Below, piece by piece: positions 8,738 to 17,745 of a DNA stretch of 64,000 nucleotides (its first letter is position 1; every line of letters begins with the position of its first letter). The DNA comes from an uncultured Planctomycetota bacterium (lineage in GTDB: Bacteria > Planctomycetota > Planctomycetia > Isosphaerales > Isosphaeraceae), in assembly GCA_963737655.1 (NCBI GenBank), contig CAVTTN010000002.1, positions 2,080,001 through 2,144,000 of the forward strand, given 5' to 3'. Made by a program: the position numbers and the translations under genes. Under the pieces are notes generated by a model. It did no database searches and was not told where the DNA came from. It was given only the letters and a program-made list of their open reading frames with translations.

Positions 8738-10462
8738 TCACCGCGAATTCTTCACCCGTTCCCCTTCGGCCCATCGCAATCGCGACCCGGCCGGGACGTT
8801 CTCCCGGGCCTCGATCGTCCCGGACGGCCAGCGGACCTCGATCCGGTCGATCTGTTTCGCCGGGCCGATCCCGAGGTGGATTCGGTGGTCGTTGGTGGAG
8901 AGGTAGCCGCCCCCGCCCTCGATCGCCCGGACGAGCGTCCGCTCGCCGACCTTCGCGGTGAGCCTCGCGCCGATGGCGTCGCGGTTCTTCCCCCGGCCGA
9001 TCAGGTCGAGGAAGACGGAACCGCCGAGGGCCGGCGAATCGTTCCAGAGGACGACGCTCGGGGCCTCGTAATGGACGATCACCAGGTCGAGGTCGCCGTC
9101 GTTGTCGAGGTCGCCCGAGGCGAGTCCCCGGCCCATGTGGAGGCCGGAAAAATAGGGCCCGGCGGTCGCGGAGACGTCCTCGAATCGGCCCTTCGGCGCG
9201 CCTCTCCAGAGCAGGGGGGGGCATTCCCATCGGTAGGTCTGATGGGGCTCGGGTCGGATGTGGCCGTTGGTGATGGCGATGTCCAGGAGGCCGTCGGCGT
9301 CGAGGTCGGCGAACGCGACGCCCCAGCCGGTCATCGGGCGGCTGGCGGTGCCCAGGCCGGCGAGCTTGGTGCGGTCGTCGAAGAGGATCGTCCCGGGCGA
9401 TGAGGCGGGCAGGGCGCACCAGAGGGTGTCGTGCTCGTCGAAGAAATGGGTGATGAAGACGTCGGGCTCGCCGTCGCCGTCGGTGTCCCCGCGGACGATC
9501 CCCATGTTCGCCTCGGGTCGGCCGTCGCCGTTGACGGCGATGCCCGAGGCCATCGCCACGTTTTCGAACGTGCCGTCTCCCTTGTTGCGCCAGAGGTCGT
9601 TGGGCTCGGCGTCGTTGGCCACGAGGACGTCGATCCGGCCGTCGGCGTCGAAGTCGGCGGCGAGGACGCCCATGCCCCGGCCCTTGCCGGCCACCCCGGC
9701 GGCGGCGGTCACGTCGGTGAACGTGCCGTCGCCGTCGTTGCGGTAGAGGACGTCCGGATCCCCGTTCCAGGTGGAGGGGACGCCGTATTGCGGCCGGCCC
9801 TGCTCGTCGCGTTCGAACGGGGCCTTCGCCGGGTCGAAGGAGAAGTAGTTGACGACGAAGAGGTCGAGGTCGCCGTCGTTGTCGTAGTCGAGGAAGGCGG
9901 CGCCGAGGCTCCAGAGGGGGCAGCCGACCCCGCTCTCGGCGGTCACGTCGCGAAAGATGCCGCCGTCGTTGCGCCAGAGGGTGTTGGGTCCGTAACGGGT
10001 CACATAAATGTCGGGGTCGCCGTCGCCGTCGTAATCGGCGACGGTCACGCCCTGGCCGTGGGAGCCGGTGGGCGTCAGGCCGACCCGGGCGGAGACGTCG
10101 GTGAACGTGCCGGGGCCGTCGTTGCGGAGGAGGACGTCCGACGGCGGGGCGGCGGTCGCCCCCGGCTTCAAGGAGACGCCCTGGGGGAAGAAGAGGTCGA
10201 GGTCGCCATCGCCGTCGTAGTCGAGCATCGCCACGCCCCCGCCGGTGGTCTCGACGGGCAGCGCGAGGCCGGACAGGCCCGTCTCATACCGGAAGGGCAA
10301 GTCCTGGGCGCGGAACCGGGGCGGGGCGGGGCGAGCGGCGGGCGGATCGGTGGAGGCGATCGGGGGCGACCCGGATTCGCGGCCCCCTCCGCATCCGCCG
10401 AGGACGAGGGCCAGGCCCATGATCGCGACCCAGGCGGCCGAGCGGGACGGTCTCGGGCGCAT
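8738..10462 (-). CDS. CRTAC1-family / ASPIC-UnbV FG-GAP repeat lipoprotein
   Basis: Lipobox LVLGGC; repeated DYDGDGDLDL motifs; C-terminal NRDAIGARL...GGGYLS...HLGIG...IEVRWPSG. Confidence 0.9.
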   Translation of the reverse strand: MRPRPSRSAAWVAIMGLALVLGGCGGGRESGSPPIASTDPPAARPAPPRFRAQDLPFRYETGLSGLALPVETTGGGVAMLDYDGDGDLDLFFPQGVSLKPGATAAPPSDVLLRNDGPGTFTDVSARVGLTPTGSHGQGVTVADYDGDGDPDIYVTRYGPNTLWRNDGGIFRDVTAESGVGCPLWSLGAAFLDYDNDGDLDLFVVNYFSFDPAKAPFERDEQGRPQYGVPSTWNGDPDVLYRNDGDGTFTDVTAAAGVAGKGRGMGVLAADFDADGRIDVLVANDAEPNDLWRNKGDGTFENVAMASGIAVNGDGRPEANMGIVRGDTDGDGEPDVFITHFFDEHDTLWCALPASSPGTILFDDRTKLAGLGTASRPMTGWGVAFADLDADGLLDIAITNGHIRPEPHQTYRWECPPLLWRGAPKGRFEDVSATAGPYFSGLHMGRGLASGDLDNDGDLDLVIVHYEAPSVVLWNDSPALGGSVFLDLIGRGKNRDAIGARLTAKVGERTLVRAIEGGGGYLSTNDHRIHLGIGPAKQIDRIEVRWPSGTIEARENVPAGSRLRWAEGERVKNSR

Positions 10463-10622
10463 GGCAGGGCTCCGGGCCGAAGCCGGGTGAGGGACGATCG
10501 GGCTGTTCGGGCGTTCGAGGCGGCCGGGAAGGGTGGTAGCCGCCCGGTTGAAGGTAGCCGCGCGAATCCGGGTTTGCAAGGAGTCCGCTCGGGGCCGGTC
10601 GATGATCCGGATTCCGGGGAGC

Positions 10623-10700
10623 CATGCTGACGTCTTCGTAAGCATGGCTCCGGTCAGGCTCGGACGAATCCATGCTTACGAGGACGTCAGCATGCCACCC
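10623..10700. repeat. REP-like doublet of the GGGTGGCATG family
   Basis: Arm 10623-10647 CATGCTGACGTCTTCGTAAGCATGG is inverted at 10670-10694 (1 mismatch in 25), followed by CCACCC; each arm is itself a hairpin; related copy at 62313-62399. Confidence 0.8.
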
Positions 10701-10816
10701 GGGACCGAGGGGACTCGCCGCCCCGGCCCGTTGCCCCGGCGGCCGGATCGTGGCAGGATGGCCGCGATCGGTGGTGATGGATTCGCACCCTCCTCTCTCC
10801 CTCGCGAGGGCCCGCC

Positions 10817-12922
10817 ATGACGCGTTGGATCGTCGGTTTGGTCGCGTTCCTGCTGGTCGTCCCGAGGCCCTCGGCGGCGCAGACCCCGGCCGAGATGGCC
10901 CGGACGGCCGCGTACCTCGAAGCGATGCAGAACCCCGACGGCGGGTTCGGCGGCAAGCCCGGGGACAGGTCCTCGCTTGGGGCCACGTCGTCGGCCGTCC
11001 GCCAGCTCAAGAGCGTGGGCGGCTCGGTCCCGGACATCTCCTCGTGCATGGCCTACCTCAAGGGCTGCTTCGACCCGAAGGCCGGCGGCTTCGCCCCGTC
11101 GCCCGGCGGGCCGCCCGACGTCCACACGACCGCCTCCGGACTGATGGCCCTGGGCGAGCTGAAGATCGCCACCGATGAGATCGTGAACGCGTGCATCGGC
11201 TACTTCGGCAAGGAAGTGAAGACGTTTGAAGAAATCCGCATTGCGGTCGCCGGCCTGGAGGCGGTGAAGAAGCCGTCGCCGGACTTCCCCCGGTGGATCG
11301 AGCAGGTCAACTCCGACCGCAATTCGGACGGCACCTGGGGATCGGCCGGAGGCCAGGCCCGCGCGACCGGCTCGGCGGCGGCGGCGCTCCTGAGGATGGG
11401 CGTCGATCTCGACAAGAAAGACGCCGTCGTCTCGACGCTCAAGGCCGCGCAGAGGCCCGACGGCGGCTGGTCTCGCGACGGGACCGCCTCGGACCTGGAG
11501 ACGACCTACCGGATCGCCCGGGCCCTGTTCATGATGAAGGAGGCGCCGGACCTCGACCGCCTGCGATCCTACCTGGCGGGCCATCGCCGGGAGGACGGCG
11601 GGTATGCGTCGAAGCCCGGCGGCTCGGACGGCGGCGGGACGTACTTCTGCACGACGGTCGAGCGCTGGGTCCGGCTGATGTCGGGCGAGCCGGCGGTGGT
11701 CGAGACCGCCGGGTTCGTGCCGTTGTTCGACGGCAAGAGCCTGGACGGCTGGGAGGGGGATACCTCGCTCTGGTCGGCGAAGGACGGCGTGCTCGTGGGC
11801 ACGTCCCCGGGCCTGAAGCACAACGACTTCCTCGCCACCACGAAGGATTACGAGGACTTCATCCTCAAGTTCACCTTCCGGATGACCGGCGGCGAGAGCG
11901 CCAACAGCGGGGTGCAGTTCCGCAGCGTCCGCGTCCCGAACCACGAGATGAGCGGCTACCAGGCCGACATCGGCCAGGGCTACTGGGGCTGCCTGTACGA
12001 CGAATCCCGAAGGAACAAGGTGCTCGTCCAGGCCAGCGACCGCGCGAAGGCGGCCGTCCGCCCCGGGAAGTGGAATGAATACGTGATCCGCTGCATGGGC
12101 AATCACATCACGATGACGCTCAACGGCGTCCCGTCGGTCGATTACGTCGAGAAGGACGCCGACATCGCCCGGACGGGCAAGATCGCGGTGCAGATCCACG
12201 CCGGGGGGCCGATGACGATCGAATTCAAGGACATGTATATTCAGCCTTTGCCGATCGCCGACGACTCGGCCGAGGACGTGCCGGACTTCCACCTCCGCAA
12301 GCCGAAGGACGGCGAGCGGAAGTACGTCGTCTATCTGCCCCAGGGCTTCGACAAGTCGAAAGCGTACCCGATCGTCCTGTTCCTCCACGGGGCCGGCGAG
12401 CGGGGTGACGACCCGGTCCGGGCGGCGCAGGTGGGCCTCGGCGCGATCATCGCGAAGACCCCGGAGCAATTCCCGATCATCGCCGTATTCCCCCAGGCGA
12501 AGCGGACGTGGGAGGCCGGCTCGGACGACGCCAAATTCGCGATGGCGGCGCTCGACGACGCGATGAGTCGGTACAGGACGGAGCCGGGGCGTGTTTATCT
12601 CACGGGCCTCTCGATGGGAGGCCACGGGACGTGGGCCAACGCGGCGGCGAACCCCGGGAAGTTCGCGGCGGTCGTCCCGGTCTGCGGCTTCGGCGACCCC
12701 AAAATCGCCGAATCGCTCAAGAACACGCCGATCTGGACGCTCGTCGGCGACGACGACAGCGCGCGAATCCTCGGGGGCACCCGGTCGCTCGTCCAGGCCG
12801 TGAAGGAGGCCGGCGGATCGCCGAAATGGACCGAGTTCCGAGGCATCGGCCACAATAGCTGGGACCGCGCGTATTCCGACCCCCGGGTGATCCGCTGGAT
12901 GCTCTCCCAGGCCGGGAAATGA
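10817..12922 (+). CDS. secreted fusion: prenyltransferase/squalene-cyclase-like repeats + DUF1080 (3-keto-disaccharide hydrolase-like) + alpha/beta-hydrolase esterase
   Basis: Signal peptide; QNPDGGF, NSDGTW, QRPDGGW repeats; PLFDGKSLDGW...NSGVQFRS...GYQADI...WNEYVI...IAVQIH; FLHGAGERG, GLSMGG, GDDD, GHNSW. Confidence 0.85.
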   Translation: MTRWIVGLVAFLLVVPRPSAAQTPAEMARTAAYLEAMQNPDGGFGGKPGDRSSLGATSSAVRQLKSVGGSVPDISSCMAYLKGCFDPKAGGFAPSPGGPPDVHTTASGLMALGELKIATDEIVNACIGYFGKEVKTFEEIRIAVAGLEAVKKPSPDFPRWIEQVNSDRNSDGTWGSAGGQARATGSAAAALLRMGVDLDKKDAVVSTLKAAQRPDGGWSRDGTASDLETTYRIARALFMMKEAPDLDRLRSYLAGHRREDGGYASKPGGSDGGGTYFCTTVERWVRLMSGEPAVVETAGFVPLFDGKSLDGWEGDTSLWSAKDGVLVGTSPGLKHNDFLATTKDYEDFILKFTFRMTGGESANSGVQFRSVRVPNHEMSGYQADIGQGYWGCLYDESRRNKVLVQASDRAKAAVRPGKWNEYVIRCMGNHITMTLNGVPSVDYVEKDADIARTGKIAVQIHAGGPMTIEFKDMYIQPLPIADDSAEDVPDFHLRKPKDGERKYVVYLPQGFDKSKAYPIVLFLHGAGERGDDPVRAAQVGLGAIIAKTPEQFPIIAVFPQAKRTWEAGSDDAKFAMAALDDAMSRYRTEPGRVYLTGLSMGGHGTWANAAANPGKFAAVVPVCGFGDPKIAESLKNTPIWTLVGDDDSARILGGTRSLVQAVKEAGGSPKWTEFRGIGHNSWDRAYSDPRVIRWMLSQAGK

Positions 12923-12931
12923 GGGGACATC

Positions 12932-13074
12932 GAACCGCCAAGCCGCCGAGGACGCCAAGGAAAGGCCAGAGAAGAGAAGAAGAGAATGCAGAGAGGACGA
13001 GAGAATTCCATTTCTTGAGAATTCTGCCTCTCCTCTCCGGCCTTTCCTTGGCGTCCTCGGCGGCTTGGCGGTTC
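12932..13074. repeat. long intergenic inverted repeat (AACCGCCAAG...CTTGGCGGTT type)
   Basis: 36-bp perfect inverted repeat, 12932-12967 versus 13039-13074, around a purine-rich then pyrimidine-rich spacer. Confidence 0.85.
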
Positions 13075-13115
13075 ATCCTCCCTCCCGGATCGAGCGGCGA
13101 CTCTACAAGGAGACG

Positions 13116-14117
13116 ATGATGCGATTCTCGGCCCGAGCCCTTTCGGCGGTGTTGGTGATGGCGTCGGCGGCCGTCGCGCAGACGGATGCGTTGCCGTTGC
13201 GTTCCCAGGTGCTGGACTCGGCCCGGATATTCAGCCCGGAGGCGGTCCAGGACGCGAAGAAGATCCTCGATGACCTGGAGCGCGCCTCGGCCGTCCCGGT
13301 GACGATCGAGACGGTCGATTCGATCGACGGATCGACGATCGAGGAGGCGGCCCTCGACGCGGCGAGGCGGTCGGGCGGGCAGGGGGTGTTCCTCCTGATC
13401 GCGAAGAAGGAGCACAAGATCTCGCGACCGTTGGTCCGCCGGCAGTTCGAGCACCGCCTGCCGAAGGAGGCCCGCGAGAAGGTCCACGCCGCGATGGCCG
13501 AGGATTTCCAGGCCGGCAAGTTCGACGACGGGCTGAGGCGAGGGGCGGCCATCCTGGCCGAAAGCGTCCGCGCGACCGCGACCGCGACGGCGGCGGCCCC
13601 GGCCCCGACGGTGACGACGACCCCCTCGGCGGCGGATTCGCCGCTGGTCGCGAGGAACCAGATCAAGCTGACCCTGGCCGGGGCGAGGACCGTCCTGGCC
13701 GGGGCCGAGGCGCAGGCGGCCCGGATGGGCCAGAAATCGAACATCGCGGTGGTCGATGACGGCGGCCACTTGCTGGCGTTCGCGAGGATGGACGGGGCGA
13801 GGCCCGCCAGCGCGGCCTCGGCCCAGACCAAGGCCACGTCGGCGGCGATCTATCGGGCGCCGACCGGCCCGATCGCCCCCGGAGGCCCCGGCTCGCCTCC
13901 GGATTTGCTCACCAGCCTGAGCCTTCAGAATGCGATGGCGGCCTCGGGGGCGAAGTATTCGTCGCTCCTGGGCGGGGTGCCGATCGTGGTGGATGGCCAG
14001 GTGATCGGCGCCGTGGGCGTCGGCGGAGGGACCGGCGAGCAGGATGCCGAGGTGGCGAAGGCCGGGATCGAGGCGTTCCTGGACGCGGTCAAGGGCAAGC
14101 CCATCGACGAGAAATGA
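13116..14117 (+). CDS. exported TPM-domain + GlcG/HbpS heme-binding domain fusion protein
   Basis: RBS AAGGAG; signal peptide; TPM-like VLDSARIFS...GVFLLIAK...FQAGKFDDGL; Ala/Thr/Pro linker; GlcG motifs NIAVVDDGGHLLAFARMDGA and GGVPIVVDGQVIGAVGVGGG. Confidence 0.8.
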   Translation: MMRFSARALSAVLVMASAAVAQTDALPLRSQVLDSARIFSPEAVQDAKKILDDLERASAVPVTIETVDSIDGSTIEEAALDAARRSGGQGVFLLIAKKEHKISRPLVRRQFEHRLPKEAREKVHAAMAEDFQAGKFDDGLRRGAAILAESVRATATATAAAPAPTVTTTPSAADSPLVARNQIKLTLAGARTVLAGAEAQAARMGQKSNIAVVDDGGHLLAFARMDGARPASAASAQTKATSAAIYRAPTGPIAPGGPGSPPDLLTSLSLQNAMAASGAKYSSLLGGVPIVVDGQVIGAVGVGGGTGEQDAEVAKAGIEAFLDAVKGKPIDEK

Positions 14118-14126
14118 CCCGAGCGA

Positions 14127-15410
14127 TCACCCATCGGCCGTGATGGCCAGGCCCATCAGCCGCGAGCAGGCCTCGTGGAGCTCGGCCAGGCGACGGACCA
14201 GCGGCGAGGCGGTGCCCTCGCCGGTCGGCTCGGTGGGTGTCGGCTCGGCCCGTCCGTCGGGGCCGAGATGGAGGAGGCGAGGGCCCCGGCCGGCGAACAG
14301 GGCCTCGACGCTCACCGAGTCCCCGTCCTGGAACCGCCGGGCGGCCTCGACCGCGAGCCAGTCGCTCGGTCCGGCGACGCTCCAGGCCCTCGCCGCGGCG
14401 CCCTCGGGCCGGGCCATCCGGGCGATCGCGTCGCGGAGGAGGCCGCCGAGCTCGGGGCACGACCTCGCCACGAGTCCGACCCGGACCGGATACTCGGGCT
14501 GGCCGAGCAGCAGCGTATAGGCGAGGTCGATCGGCCGGGTGTCGGGACGGTGGCGGAGCCAGTCGAGCAGGGCGCGGGCCAGGGCGATCCAGGAGGGGCG
14601 GTCGGGCGCGGCGAGGAGGAACGGCTCGGCCCGGGGCGGCTCGTCGATGGCGGCTTTCGGGGCGACCCGGCGGCCGTCGAGGTAGCCGACGCTGGGTGAC
14701 GGGTCGTCGGCGAGGACTTCGCGGACGACCCCGGCGGCATTGACCTCGACGTCCCCCTCGGGGGCCAGATCGACCCTCCTGAGGCGGACGCCGGGCAGGC
14801 CGGGGGCGAGGGCCGGGACGAGTCCGGCGAGTCCGTCGGGGTCGTCCAGCGCGAGCCCGCCGGTCCCGGTGGCGGCGATCACGGCCGAGCCTCCCGACCG
14901 GGCGGAGAGGACGAGGTCCTCGGCCGCCCCGTGGGCCAGGAGGGCGAGCCCTCGGGCCTCGGGGGCGTTGGCCGGGCTGTCGGCCGGGTCGATCGAGGGG
15001 CGGACCCGGATCGGCAGGAGGTGGACGATCGCGGCGATCGCCCCGCGATCCCGGGCGCGTTCGACCAGGGCGGCCACGGCGGCCGAGGAGTTCAGGTTCA
15101 CGCCCTCGACCTCGCCCGAGCCGACTCCGTGACGCACCCGGACGGGCACGAGGCCCATCGCGCGGAGGTCGGCGGCCACGGCTCGGGCGACCCCTCGGCC
15201 GTCGTCGGTCAGGATCACCACGCCTCCCGGGGCGAGCCGGCCGGTCGAGGGCGGCAGGGGCGCGTCGTCCAGGGCGGGGCCGACGCTTCGGAGCGCCGCC
15301 CGGACCGCTTTCAGCCCGTCGTCCACCGCCACGAGGGCGCGGTCGAGCCGATCGGCGACGGGGGCTTCGGCCCTCCGAGGGTCGGCCAGGCTCGGGCTGG
15401 GAAGGCTCAT
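14127..15410 (-). CDS. hypothetical protein built from non-catalytic type I PKS parts (KR structural subdomain, KS-AT linker, post-AT linker)
   Basis: VILTDDGRGVARAVAADL...AIVHLLP...GLAGLVPAL...RRVDL...VGYLDGRR, then PFLLAAPDR...DLAYTL...PVRVGLVARSCPEL; no KS, AT or ACP active-site motifs seen. Confidence 0.6.
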   Translation of the reverse strand: MSLPSPSLADPRRAEAPVADRLDRALVAVDDGLKAVRAALRSVGPALDDAPLPPSTGRLAPGGVVILTDDGRGVARAVAADLRAMGLVPVRVRHGVGSGEVEGVNLNSSAAVAALVERARDRGAIAAIVHLLPIRVRPSIDPADSPANAPEARGLALLAHGAAEDLVLSARSGGSAVIAATGTGGLALDDPDGLAGLVPALAPGLPGVRLRRVDLAPEGDVEVNAAGVVREVLADDPSPSVGYLDGRRVAPKAAIDEPPRAEPFLLAAPDRPSWIALARALLDWLRHRPDTRPIDLAYTLLLGQPEYPVRVGLVARSCPELGGLLRDAIARMARPEGAAARAWSVAGPSDWLAVEAARRFQDGDSVSVEALFAGRGPRLLHLGPDGRAEPTPTEPTGEGTASPLVRRLAELHEACSRLMGLAITADG

Positions 15411-15684
15411 CGCCGGGTCCTCGATCGCGGTTCTCCGGTGGCGGTCGCTCCCTCGGGCGGGATTTCCGGGGCGGACGGTCGGGATGGCCTTCGACTTGCG
15501 AGCCGCGATCCGACGAGGGCCGGTCGCCGGGAGGTCCGGGCCCTTGTCCCCCCCGGGGCTTCCGTGCTATCCCGGATGGGGCGAGAGGTCCGGGGTTCGG
15601 GCCCTCCGGGAAGGATCGGCGGGACGCCGCCCCGAATCGAGGCCGATGGGTCGTTCGGCCGGACGTGACGGGAGCGTGGGGCGG

Positions 15685-16638
15685 ATGGTTCGGGTCCGGA
15701 AGATCGTGACGGCCCTGGCGGCGGCCCTTGTCCTGACGATCCTGGCGATCGGGGTCTCCCTGGCGCTCTGGCTGCGTTACGGGGCCGGGCCGGTGATCGT
15801 CCACGAGACCGAGGCGGAGGTCGAGGCGTCCCGCCCTCGGGGCGACCTTCGGCCGGTCCTGGTCTTCCTCGACCCGGGCACCCGGGTCGAGGCCGAGCCG
15901 CCTCCGGGATGGTCGGACCTGGTGATCAAGTCGGTCCTCTACCTGGCCTCGGGCGACCTGGACACCCTGCCCGAGTCGGCCCGGGAGACGGCGACGAAGT
16001 TCCGCACGGCCGTCCTGGCCGACGTCCGACCCGTCCCGGGCGAGCCCGGCTCGTTCCACCTGAGCCGGGTGGGCGCGGGGCTTTGCCTGACGATCGAGGG
16101 AAGGGACACGGTCATCTCTCGGGCGACTTTGAAGTCGCAGGGCGTCTCGCTGTCGGCCCTGGACGGCCTGGTCCTGGGCCGGGCCGAGGCCGCCCTGACC
16201 CGGGGCCGATTGGCGGCGAGGACGCCGACGTTCGCGCTCTACGAGACGCCGGTGGAGTTCGCCGACCCCTCCGGGATTCACCGATCGATCCTCCTGCGTT
16301 ATGCCCTGTTGGTCGATCGCCGCTCGGGCCGGCTGACGACGGTGTGCTGGCCGATCCCGGACCCGCCCTCGCGGGGCGAGCCGCCGGAGACGATCCGGCT
16401 CCTGCCGCCGAACCTGGTGTTCCGCTGCGGGTTGCACGTGAAGGCGGGTCGGGTGGTGGGGCGGCTGGCGGTGTCGTGGAAGATCGCGATGGACGACCTG
16501 CCGCCGGGCCGGACCGTGCCGATGGGCGAGCCGCTGAGGTCCCTGAGCACCCGCGACTTCGGTTCGCCCGAGGACTCGGCCGAGCTCGAGGAGGCGGTCC
16601 GCCGGGCCGTGGATCGGGCCGGCTCGCCTTCGGGCTGA
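15685..16638 (+). CDS. hypothetical membrane-anchored/exported protein
   Basis: N-terminal hydrophobic segment KIVTALAAALVLTILAIGVSLALWL followed by a globular-looking region; start uncertain. Confidence 0.65.
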   Translation: MVRVRKIVTALAAALVLTILAIGVSLALWLRYGAGPVIVHETEAEVEASRPRGDLRPVLVFLDPGTRVEAEPPPGWSDLVIKSVLYLASGDLDTLPESARETATKFRTAVLADVRPVPGEPGSFHLSRVGAGLCLTIEGRDTVISRATLKSQGVSLSALDGLVLGRAEAALTRGRLAARTPTFALYETPVEFADPSGIHRSILLRYALLVDRRSGRLTTVCWPIPDPPSRGEPPETIRLLPPNLVFRCGLHVKAGRVVGRLAVSWKIAMDDLPPGRTVPMGEPLRSLSTRDFGSPEDSAELEEAVRRAVDRAGSPSG

Positions 16639-16775
16639 GGCGACGGGCCGGGGCGATTCAAGAGGCGCGATCGCGCGAGCGTCCCGTCTCGATAGTCCTC
16701 ATTGGATTCCGGTCGCATGGGGCAAGCACCCCGGCCGGGATCGAGCGGTTTTGCGCCCTTGCGAGGTGAGACGAC

Positions 16776-16973
16776 ATGCCCGCGCCCATCGCCGACGAGC
16801 TCCAGTTCCACGCCGCCGCCGCCCCCGCCATCGAGGCCCAGGTGCGCCAGGATGCGATGATGGAGGAACTCAACCCGGCCGACGTCGAGACGATCGTTCA
16901 GCTCGTCGTGAAGTACGGCCCCAGCGTCTACAAGGCCGTCCTCGCGTTGTTCCACGTGACCCCCAAGGCCTGA
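16776..16973 (+). CDS. small hypothetical protein (65 aa) with C-terminal amphipathic helices
   Basis: GAGG upstream, typical high-GC3 codons, first of three tightly spaced genes; core TIVQLVVKYGPSVYKAVLALF. Confidence 0.65.
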   Translation: MPAPIADELQFHAAAAPAIEAQVRQDAMMEELNPADVETIVQLVVKYGPSVYKAVLALFHVTPKA

Positions 16974-16997
16974 TCCGAGCGAGCGACGGACCATACC

Positions 16998-17744
16998 ATG
17001 AAGCGAGTTCTCCTCGCCCTGATGGCGGCGGCCCTGATCGGGTCGTCCGCCCCGGCGCGGGCCGACGCCCCCAAGGCGACGGTCCGAGGCCCCTCGACCG
17101 TCTCCGCCGGCGCCACGATCGTCCTGGACGCCCGGGCCAGCGTGGCGGATCGTCCCCTGAAGTGGAAGCTGGACGGCCCCGACGTGCCGTTCCTGGTCCT
17201 GGACCAGGACGGCCACAAGGGCGTCGTCGCGCTGGTGCCCTCGGCCCAGCCGGGCGTCTACAAGTTCACCCTGATCGCCAAGGGGATCCCCCAGGGCGAG
17301 GTCGAGGTGGACGCCGACGCCGCCATGTGGACCGTCTCGGTCGAGGCGCCCGCCCCGACTCCTCCCCCCACCCCGGCCCCGACGCCGACCCCGTCGCCGA
17401 CTCCCCCCCCGGCGCCGACCCCGACGCCGACCCCGGCCGCCGGCGGCCACCTGTTCGTCACCCTGGTGGTGGACCTGGACGCGATGACCCAGGCCGTCGC
17501 GACCCTCCGCGAAGGCGTGTCGGTCCGCCCGGCCCTTTCCGGGATGAATGCCCAGTACCGGACCGTGGGCCTGGGGACGGCCGAGTTCTCGGCCATCCGG
17601 CTCGGCCCGTATGTGACGAAGGCCGGCGGCGCCCCCTGCCTGGTGATCCAGGACAAGACCGGGGCCGTGCTGTCGGCGGTGCCGGCCCCGGCCACCGAGG
17701 CCGACCTGATCGCCGCGGTGAAGCGGCAGAGGGGAGGTCTCTGA
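16998..17744 (+). CDS. secreted protein: PKD/Ig-like domain, Pro-Thr linker, thioredoxin-like C-terminal domain
   Basis: Signal peptide ending APARA; GATIVLDARAS...KW...PGVYKFTLI; (PT)n linker at about 17350-17437; C-terminal PCLVIQDKTGAVL...PATEADLI. Confidence 0.7.
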   Translation: MKRVLLALMAAALIGSSAPARADAPKATVRGPSTVSAGATIVLDARASVADRPLKWKLDGPDVPFLVLDQDGHKGVVALVPSAQPGVYKFTLIAKGIPQGEVEVDADAAMWTVSVEAPAPTPPPTPAPTPTPSPTPPPAPTPTPTPAAGGHLFVTLVVDLDAMTQAVATLREGVSVRPALSGMNAQYRTVGLGTAEFSAIRLGPYVTKAGGAPCLVIQDKTGAVLSAVPAPATEADLIAAVKRQRGGL

Positions 17745-17745
17745 G

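Noticed and set aside
14127..15410. Functional polyketide biosynthetic gene cluster
   Set aside because: No KS, AT, ACP or catalytic KR motifs and no neighbouring biosynthetic genes
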